Shown piece after piece: positions 28,688 through 38,924 of a stretch of DNA of 64,000 nt; position 1 is the first letter of the stretch; the number at the start of each line of letters is the position of its first letter. The translations under genes were made by a program, and so were the position numbers. This DNA comes from Mytilus trossulus (lineage: Eukaryota): contig NC_086377.1 in NCBI RefSeq assembly GCF_036588685.1, forward strand, positions 7,812,001 to 7,876,000. Reading direction: 5' to 3'. The notes beneath the pieces are model-generated. The model was not told the origin of the DNA and searched no databases. It saw only the letters and a list, made by a program, of their open reading frames with translations.

Positions 28688-28800
28688 TTTATAATTTCAG
28701 AATGTGGCTATTACTGCTAATTTATTTTGTTATTATTTCAGGATGTGGCTATTACTGCTAATTTATTTTATTATTATTTCAGGATGTGGCTATTACTACT
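28688..28800 (+). repeat. 41-bp tandem triplication of a splice acceptor plus start codon (tttcag-R-ATGTGGCTATTACT)
   Basis: ATGs at 28702, 28743 and 28784, each one base after a ttcag acceptor. Confidence 0.9.
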
Positions 28801-31800
28801 GTACACTGTGTTTGTATCGATTCTTCCACTGTATAGTATACCAACAACCCCTCCTAAGCTTACAAGTATGTTTATATACCATCTAATTATTTTATTCTGA
28901 TAACTTTTTAAAAACTTCAAGCAGACAGCTAAACATCGACAAACACGAAAAGATAAGACATCTTTATTATACATGTAATAAAAAAATGGAGCTATTTTCT
29001 AAACTTTTACATTATTTTCAGTATTGGAATTTTCTTGTGTGTAAAAATAAGACACAATAAAGTGTAGTGACCAATGTTCGATTGTATGTATATAACATTT
29101 ATTAGAAGAAGAAAAATAGCACTCTGCAGTACACAAATAATAGAAATAACAGCAGAGGATTGGAAATACATGTTTCGGGACGTCGGAATTACATGACTGT
29201 ATACCTCTTTTGCGGGAATTCGGGAAAGATCCTTTATTTTTGCGGGCATTAAAATTTTACCATATCGGGATTCGGAAATCATTGCCGAATGAATTTTTCG
29301 GGAACCGGGAAAGATTTTTGTTTATGGAATTCGGGAATAAATGCCTCCAGTCGTCTCTCGACAGAGTAGTTTCCAGATTTTCAAAACTCCTAAAGGCATT
29401 TGGAATATACAAAACATGAGATGAATCATTAAGGGATCATTTTCAAACGCAACCTTACGGAGTGAGTCGAGTGTTATCGTTTTCTGCTATAAATGTATCA
29501 AAGGTCATACTCGGAAAACAAAATTACAACAAGAAACAAACAAAATCAGTTAAATGTTAATGTTGATGCCACTTTTCTGGTGTGATAAGGTTCTAGACCA
29601 CAAAAACAAGTCTCGTGATTAGTGACACAGATACAAGTCTAAATCTAGTTATGAGCGCATTACTGATAATCGAAGTAAACATGCGTGCGCGTTCACGTCG
29701 TTTTCAATTTTAAGTTTCTTAAAATAAGAATAAGATAATTTGATGAGTATATAACATAAATGGTTACTCATTCTAAATATAATTATAGACTGTGAGAAGA
29801 TGGCAGACGGAACCCCAGGAATTATATCGAAGGTAACCATCTATAATATAAAACTATCGACCTATAATACAGCTGTCGGTACCGTCGCCAAAGTCAGTTG
29901 TCTGGATGACGCATTGGTAGTGAGTGGAGCTGATACTCTAACATGTCTTCCAAATGGTCGATGGAGTAGTGCCAAACCCACATGTAAAGGTAAGTTTGAA
30001 AATGCAATTGAAAACATTCACACCTTGAAACAAATACAAAATAAAATTAAAAACCAATTGTTCAGAGAACCATTGATGGTCTTTCCACCAGTAAGAATCT
30101 TTTTTTATATGAAAATATTAAAATTTGGTTTTAAATGTCAATTGTACCGTCAAATGACAGCTTATTGAACGCTGATCCCCAAAATGTATGTTTTCTATGG
30201 AAAAAGATATAGTTAAGGGAGATAATTGTTTACTTCCGGTTCAAACGATGTTATTTCCGGTATAGTTTGATAGTTTAAGTGACACTGATTCCAAAAATAT
30301 ATGGTTCTATATACTTTTACATTTATTTAGAACAAAAAATAGCTACTTCCGGTAAACAAAAGGTCACTTCCGGTTGGCTTTTACAAGGTCACATTGCTTG
30401 CAACTCATTGCAAAAGGTCCCATGTCTTTATCATGTATACATATGAGGTAAAAGCAAAGGTCAAAATCTAGAACGTTAATTTTGCCTATGACCTTGAGCT
30501 CAATTTCAAGGTCAACAACCAAGGACCTCAAATCAAAAGACCCTAGGTTCCTCTACTGTATATTGTTAATGAGTAATATTACCATACAACTAATATAAGA
30601 TATAAAAGGGGAAAAACTCGCATCAAATGTTTACGTACCCTTTTAACTAAAATTTACGTGTTACGACATGTCGCAACTCACAATTGTATGAAAATATTTT
30701 GTCGATATCTTATATGATTGCTGAAAATAAGTGATAACAAGCCAAAATCAAAATTTAGAATTTGACCTTGACCTTTGACCCTGACCTCATCTTCATTTTT
30801 TTGGACCAAGGATCTTAAATCAAAAGACCCTAGACCTCTATCACTTATGGTTTTCCAGTTTTAAATACATTTCAAAATTTCAAATACAAAAGGGCAAATA
30901 ACTCTCATATGGAATCTCTATACGGCTTCGGTCAAAATAAAACAGAACATCCTGAGGATATAACGAGCAATTTGGAAAAATAAATTTGTCTGTTTCTTAT
31001 ACGGTTGCGAAGCCTTAGAGATAACAAGAAAAACAGTGTTCGGGGAGATAACTCTTATTTGGGAAAGTATTCGGTTAAGCAGAGTTGGTTTCAAAAGCGT
31101 ATAAACTGTTCGATATCATATTAAAAAAATCTAAGCGACATCTTGCGAAACAAAAAAACAGCGAAGGAAAAAATTAGGCGGAAGAAAAAAAAAAAAAAAT
31201 AATAATAATCAGAAGAAATCCAATAGGTCTTTCCACGGAAAAGTGGAAAGACCTAATAAGAAAAACAAAGCTTGAAAAAAAGAGCAAAAAATGTACGAAA
31301 GCACTATTCTAATCGCCTATTCCAATTAGAAAAGAAAACGAGACTGATGTTCTGTATGTTCTGTTTACGAACTCTCTCTTAATATCACCAAATCACAATG
31401 CCTTTTATGTAATCCCTTCATGTGATTAAGCGATAGAAATGTGATCAGGCGCGGATCCAGGGGGAAGGGGCGGGGTTTGGAACCCCCATTTTTTTTGCCG
31501 ATTTAAGCATTTGAAAGGGGGCCCTGAACAAGTTGGAACCCCTTTGGCTGGATTCGCCCTTTTTTCGACTGGCAGTGAAAACCCTGGTCAGTGGTCGTCC
31601 GTTTGACTGTGCGAGTTGACACGGCCAAGTCCGTTCACAATTTATACATCTTCGGATTTCAAATGTTTGGCTTTGATCGTTCCTGATGAAGGTGAATCCA
31701 TAAAAGCGCTTCGGACGCAATAAATTATAAAACGTGTTGTTTTCCATTTTTTAAGCGTTGAATACGACCCCCGGTTAAGAGAGATTGACTAAATCTCTGC

Positions 31801-34800
31801 ATATAAAGACCACTTGAAACAACTTTTTGATTGGCCTGTGAGTGACCTTTTTTCGCATTGAAACGGGGGTCACTTTCAAAATTTAGGCGTTGAATACGAT
31901 CCCCGAGTAGACAGATTGCCTCGATCTCTGCATGTAAAAACCACTTGAAACAACTTTTTTATTGGCATGTAAGTGACCTGTTTCAATGCAAAATTGCTTT
32001 CCTTATCTAAGCAACCCATCCTATTGAAAAATATCAAAACTGGGAATGAAACGACGTCTATATTGAAGCATAGGGTAAACTTAAATGCAACTTTATTTTC
32101 TACAGAACCAGAGATAGTAAAGCCGAAAGACTACAAGCTGATCATTGGACTCTCGGTGGGAGGGGCGTGTCTTGTTCTTGTCGTCATAATTACTGGTATC
32201 ATAGTCAGGAACAGACAACAAACCAAACAATTACCTTCAGAGCAAACAGACAAAAGGTAATTATTTACAGTCCTAACACCCATTAAAGACATATACAATG
32301 CATATTTTAAAAGTTTTATGCATATGAATAAGAATATTTATCTAACTAAAAACAATTTTTGCTGGCGTACTAAATTATAATCCTGGTACCTTTGATAACT
32401 ATTTGATGGGCAAAATGACAGGCGAAATATACCGAAGAAATATCCAAAAGCCAAAGTCGAAAACAAACCGAAGTTTCCGTGTAAAAAATCACATACATGT
32501 ACATTAACAATTATTCACAACAAAGAAAACCAAAGACTGAACGACACGAACATCATAAAAAACAACAAAAAATGCAATTTAACATGCAAATTAACAAACA
32601 AAAAAAAAACACCATATAACAAGCAGGACAAATAAGCAATGTTACAGAGTAAACATAGCATATGAAAAACGAAACGAAAACAAGGTCAGAACTAAAGATG
32701 TTTTAATACACGGTAGGGGGAAGAATCATTTCTTTATCCCGGACCACAATCTCGAATACTTGAGAAAAAAACTTAAGTGGTGCTATTACTGAAACATCTG
32801 CCCTTATAGAGATAAACATATAGATATTGATGTCGAATCTACATATCTATGTAAACAAGAAATGTTCAGGTATTTGTGTGACGTATCATACTGACTGATA
32901 TACACGAAAGAATGTTTTATCATTTGACAATGGTGTCTTTATCAGTAAAGATTAACATGTTCACTAGATGTAAATATTGGGGACTTATATTTGAAGTGGA
33001 CGAATTATTTCCCTGTTTGTACCGCCAGATGTACTTCTGAAATAAATATCAGTGTTGGGGTTACTAGATATAGCTATATATAGGAATATGTGGTGTGAGT
33101 GCCAATGAGATAACCCTCCTACCAACACTATCAAATAATTAAAAAAAACTTAACAGTTATACATTGTATCCTATTCTTATCAATATATTGAAATGCTATA
33201 AGTGTTTTTTTGTTGTTTTTTTAGTCTGTATTTTGGGCATTTTTCCTAATTTGTTTCAAATAGTGTAAATGAATTGTAAGCATTGAGTCATCCTCTCAAA
33301 TGATCTCTTAGTATATATGAAAATGTTTCTATGGTCTTTTGATAGTCTCGAGTGGTAGATTTGAAATGAAGAGTTCCAGAATGACACAAATATACATATA
33401 AGAAGATGAGGTATGAGTGCCAATGAGACAAATTTCCACCCAAGTCACAAATTTTAAGAGAAAACACAATATGTATTTATATGCGGTATGCAAACAAACT
33501 TATAAATAGGGCCGTATTTTCCCCATTTGAATTGTTCAAATACATTCGTCATTTCGGGGCCTTTTATAGCTGATTATGCAGTTTTGGCTTTTATTATTGT
33601 TGAAGGCCGTACGGTGTCTGTGTCATGTGGTCTATAGTGGAGAGTTAGTTGTCTCATTTGAAATTATACCACTGTTATGTATCTGTATTGTATGGTCGTA
33701 TGTGTTTTGTAGTTCAGTCGTGTGAGTCGTGTCCCTTTGAATGATGATGATGCATGTTATGTCTATTTAAAATAAACATGCTATGGTAATAAATGTGTTG
33801 TTATTGCTCTTAAACAAATATAACTTTAGCGTCCATGTACGGAATATGGTGGAGAACTTCAAAACGACCCCTTTGATCTTCTTTTTTTTTATATCTGATT
33901 GTGTTTTCCATGTAGACTGAATGCAGGCAACAGACAGAAAACATACTCAGCAGAAATGCAAACAAGATACACGGAACAAGAAACGAATCTCGAAAATCAA
34001 CCGTAAGATTCACTTTCATGTGTTGTTATACATATACTAATTATAGTTTGTCCATTTAGTACACCCATCCTTTCAAATTTAATGCCGTTCTTGTTGTTTT
34101 AAGATATGACATACACATATTGTAATAGAAATAACAACGGAAACTTTTCATTACTGACGTGAATGGTTATGAAAATTAACAGAAAGACCAAGGATTCCAA
34201 GACAAACAATGAACAGCATGGGTAAAATAAAAAAAAAAACAGCAAAACGACAAGAAAACTAATAACAAAACTCTACACAGAAACTGAAGACTACAGGTGC
34301 GGTCAGGTGATCCAGAGGGTTGATCAGTTTCTGTTCCATTTCATGTAGTCAAGAGATAACTTTGACGTCCAATGGCTGTTTTGAAAGACACCAGTCGTGT
34401 TAAATGACATAACCTAGCCATAACCCTTCATTTTTTAATAAGGCCGTTAGTTTTCTTGTTTGAATTGTTTTACATCATTTCGGGGCCTTTAATAGCTGAC
34501 TATGAGGTATTGGCTTAGCTCATTGTTGAAGGCCGTATAGTTGTTAAATTCTGTGTCATTTTAGTCTATTGTGGACAGTTGTCTCATTGGCAATCATACC
34601 ACATCTTCTTTTTTATATACAGCAAATTGGATAAATGAAAAAAATAAAAAAAAACGAGAATGTGTCCATAGTACACGGATGCCCCACTCGAACTATTATT
34701 TTCTATGTTCAGTGGACCGTAAAGTTGGAATGAAAACTCTACTTTGCATTTAAATGAGAAAGATCATATCATAGGGAACATGTGTACTAAGTTTCTAGTT

Positions 34801-36291
34801 AATTGGACTTCAACTTCATCAAAGACTACCTTGACCAAAAAGTTTAACCTGAACAGGACAGACGGACGGACGAACGAACAGACTCACAGATCATAAAACC
34901 GTGATAATGCCTCTCTACTATCGTAGGTAGGGCATAAAAATGACACAAAATTATACACAGAAACTGAAGATGTAAAAACCAGTCACTTTAACGTTAGAAA
35001 ATGTATTAACACACATATAAAATTACATAACTATTGTATTGAATTCTTTTAATTGTATTTACAGACATGTTTATAAAGTATGGTCACAAGATAGATCGTT
35101 GAGAAAGTTTATAACTGCATTCGATTTGATCGACTTAAAACAAAAAGGTAATCTATAATTATGATTTTATTGAAACCATTTTGTATCCCCACAGATCTCT
35201 CACTTTTATTTTATCTAATGTACAGATGATAGGTCACTTGGCCCTCTGGATCATTTAATCCTTTATCTAATCTTAAGTTCCTCGATTTTTATAACGTTTA
35301 TCCAAAGTGTGTATTAAGTTCATTTTTAAATAATTTAAATGTGAATACATCATTGAAGAGAAATTAATATTCTGCATGGGACAATGTTGTCAGAACCACA
35401 AAAAACAAGGCTGAAAGAATATCAAATACTGTGGATTCATTATTATTTGTTGAATACCAATTTCGTGGGTTTCGTTGTTACACATGAACTACGAAGTCAA
35501 ATGGTAAACGAATAATATAGTTTCAAGAGGCTTTGCGTACATTATTGGAATTGGGATTGGCAAAATCACGAAATCAAATGTTAACGAACATTCAAGTTTT
35601 CAGCAATCCACAAAATTTGATACCCGCGGAAAAAAATGAATCCACAGTATGAATGTGTTTCAGAAATTTATGATAAACACAAAATCAAATATGCATGAAA
35701 ATACAAATTTCTGAATCCCGAAAAAGTGAAAAAAGTACCTATGCAAATAAACGAATCTACTAACGGTGTCCTATAGTTGTTAATTTCTGTTTAATTTGGT
35801 CACTTGTGGTGAGTTGTCTTATTGGCCTCATACCACATATTCTCTTTTGAATCTACCAAGTTCAGTAAAATTGAGAATGGAAATGAGGAATGTGTCAAAG
35901 AGACAACAACCCGACTATAGTAAAAACTACAGCAGAAGGTCACCAACAGGTGTTCAATGTAGCGAGAAATTCCCGCACCCGTAGACGTCCTTCAGCTGGC
36001 TTCTAAACAAATATATACTAGTAAACTGTTAAACCAATTTCATGTGATTTATTTTCAGCTAGTAAAGTGTTTGATGTAACACATGCCTATATAGTCCTAG
36101 AGGATGACGGTACAGAGATAGATGATACTACAGCATTAGAAGCCTGTAAAGATAAAACACTACAGGTCCTGTCAAAACATCAGTCATGGACTAGAAACTC
36201 CTACTCCTCAAACGGAAGCGAGGTTATGCTGGATTTAAGAGGTGGTGACAATTCAAGTACTTGTGGAACAATTAAAAGCTTCCGTTTATAA
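28784..36291 (+). CDS. Type I membrane protein: signal peptide - Sushi/CCP - TM - cytoplasmic CIDE-N domain (6 coding exons, 278 aa; alternative last exon possible)
   Basis: Exons 28784-28865, 29789-29989, 32106-32256, 33916-34002, 35065-35147, 36059-36291; phases 1,1,2,2,1 all compatible; 837 nt open. Signal peptide MWLLLLYTVFVSILPLYS. Sushi C..GTVAKVSC..VSGADTLTCLPNGRWSSAKPTC. TM LIIGLSVGGACLVLVVIITGIIV followed by RNR. CIDE-N PHVYKVWSQDRSLRKFITAFDLIDLKQKASKVFDVTHAYIVLEDDGTEIDDTTALEACKDKTLQVLSKHQSW. Confidence 0.8.
30078..31256. mobile_element. Helentron-like non-autonomous element in intron 2 of the Sushi-TM-CIDE-N gene
   Basis: Subterminal motif ggtctttccac at ~30078 is repeated at the 3' end inside the hairpin ggtctttccacggaaaagtggaaagacc (~31226-31253); internal tgacct/aggtca repeats. 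Confidence 0.55.
35065..36190 (+). other. CIDE-N domain-coding exons (exons 5-6 of the Sushi-TM-CIDE-N gene)
   Basis: Matches the CIDE-N pattern: (F/Y)KV..DR..RK.I.A..L..L..K, then (I/L)VLE(E/D)DGT.(I/V)D, then L.VL...QSW. Confidence 0.85.
35427..35649. mobile_element. TA-flanked MITE (second copy at 46077-46289)
   Basis: TIRs tactgtggattcatt / aatgaatccacagta in both copies, with homologous internal sequence. Confidence 0.75.
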
Positions 36292-36300
36292 ATTTTCATC

Positions 36301-36445
36301 CAGGCGCAGATCCAGAGGGGGGTTCCGGGAGTTGGAACCCCCTTTTTTTGGACGATCAATGCATTTGAATGGGGACATGTAATCGGAACCCCCCTTTTTA
36401 TGGGTTAGGAACCCTCCCTTTTTAAAATGGCTGGATACGCCCCTG
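36301..36445. mobile_element. GC-rich ~145-bp MITE (a reversed, interrupted copy at 42636-45165; related fragment at ~31446)
   Basis: Imperfect TIRs caggcgcagatccag / ctggatacgcccctg. Confidence 0.7.
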
Positions 36446-38924
36446 TCATCGATCATCAATCTGAGGTTATAGTGACAAAAATTTTTAACACTGTAGCAAA
36501 AACCGATACATCTACATGATGACCATTTCTTTCTTGAATACACGTATGCAACCATTTTAATGAATAGCAAGGTGTAATAATATAACAGACCAGCGATTTC
36601 TGTGCTTCTGTCTAAAAGACAAGCCTATTTTCATGAGTTTATTGACTGATAATTATGGTGTTGGTTTTGTAATCAAACAAGAGTAACTGTGGTATTTAGA
36701 TAACATATTCCATATATTCTTTATAAAATAGTTTGTTCAAACAAATTAGTTATTTAGGTTTTGATATTAAAAGTCAGTCATATGATACAGTAAAAGTAAA
36801 AACACAAAAATACTTAACTCCGAGGAAAATTCAAAAAGGAAAATCAAAAATCAAAAGGCAAAATCAAAAGTCAAATCACATCAAACAAATGGATAACAAC
36901 TGTCACATTCCTGACTTGCCCGTAAAATGCCCGTCAATAGCACATACATGTACATATGTTTCTCTTCAATTTTGGACAATAGTCCCATAACATTGTCATT
37001 AAAGCTCTGTCCCATAACTATTGCCCACTATCAATATTTTGAGATGTATGAAGTCAATGGTTGGTAATGCCTGATGGCTCTATTTTGTCTTTAGGTATAT
37101 GCATATTGCAAGAACCTAACAATATACAGGGACTGACCGACATCGTCAAAATAAGTTATATGTTGTCTTTTTGTTTTTAGACATATGTTAATTAATCAAT
37201 TGACGTTTCAAAATTGTTATATATCAGCTGGTCTGAATATATCTGCTGTAATTACATTAATTATTATGTATGTAAACAATTATTGTATAAAAATCTCATA
37301 AATTTATGTATTTTATTTTTATTTTTAAATAAATATAAAAATTATTCACCATTTCTATTTATATAAATGTGTAAAAGAGAGTTGTTGGTAGATCTTTGAC
37401 AGTTTACTGTTAATCCAAACCAAATTAGACCGTTGGTTTTCCGTTTGAATGGTTTTACACTAGTAATTTTTGGGCCCTTTATAGGTAGTTTATGGTGTGA
37501 TCCAAGGCTCTGTGTTGAAGGCCGAACATTGACCTATAATGATTTACTTTTTTAAAATTGTTATTTTGATGGAGAGTTGTCTCCTTGGCACTCACACCAC
37601 ATCTTCCTATAGCTATCAAATCTGTTTTTGTAAACAATATATGGTTGTGCTTTTACACCATTATGCAAGGTTAGGGGAGCTTTAAGAACCAACAAAGTTT
37701 CAAATATTTGAACCAACCACATTCTGTACGTTCGTTTCAAGTCAGGACACTGTACTCTATTGGTGGTGGTTGTTGACAGTCTATCAGAATTGTTCTCCAT
37801 TACATGTTGTTTGCCTAAATCATGACGTTTCACTTTTGAAATTAATAATTAAGAGAGGGACCTGAGATAACAAAGTGACATTCAAACTCCTAAACCAATC
37901 AAAGTGATGGAAATCACTCATGGAAAGATTAGAGGAGTAGTTTGAATTATCTCATATTAAGGAATGGGGGGGGGGAATGAACATAAGAATCATAGGGAAC
38001 TATATTTCATTGTATATACATTTAGAAACCAATGGTAACAGTAGCTAACCTGTCCTGTTGTTAGGGAGGCTGGTGCCTAAGTAAAGATTTAGAACAAGTT
38101 CTTATCTTTCCAAAAAACAAACTAACAACGCTATGGCAAAAATCGAAAAAGGACAGAGTTAGAAATACAAACAATGGTATACACAAGACACAACATGGAA
38201 AACTAAAGACTGAGGGACATGGACCCTACAAATAACAGGGATAATCTCAGATGCTCTAGCAGGGTAGCCAGATCCTGCTCCACGTGTTGCACATCACCAA
38301 GTTGCCCACATCTGCTATAAAAGATAACAAACTACATTTGTCATTTTTGGGATACTTTTGTTAACTGGTCTGAATCTGTTTTCAACTGACCAAAACACAG
38401 AGTTCTCCAAAAATGGTGGTCCAAAGGTTTTTTACAAGGACTCACACAATGTTTTGGACATTGCAACGGAAATACATGTTATAGTGAGGACTAGCAAATT
38501 ATATTCAAAGGCCACAAAAAGAGGGGAATTGAGAACGTTCAAATAAAAAATCTAAATACCACTCTAGTAAAATATATTATGTCTTTGTGAATGACAGTTT
38601 ATTATAAATTCAGGAATTGTTAAAAATTGGACAAGATTTTTTTTCAAAATAATATTTGTTCCAATGAAAAGGGATTGTGCACATCCAAACTTGAATTTGT
38701 CACTGGTTCATTGGACCACAACTGTTCAATAACAATTACACCCCCAGCATGATAGAAATTGACAAGTTTCGATGGTTGAGTACTGATTCGAATGGTCAGT
38801 TCAGTATCCATGATACTGTGGGTAACTTCATAGTACTGCCCAATAGGATCACAACAGTCTATTGATCTGAATGGTTAGTTCTATACAGATACTGTATTTA
38901 AAATCATAGAACTGTCCTATATAT

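Noticed and set aside
35065-36291. Calling the CIDE-N exons DFFA, DFFB or CIDE
   Set aside because: No nuclease, DFF-C or CIDE-C domain follows, and the exons splice in phase to a TM exon upstream.
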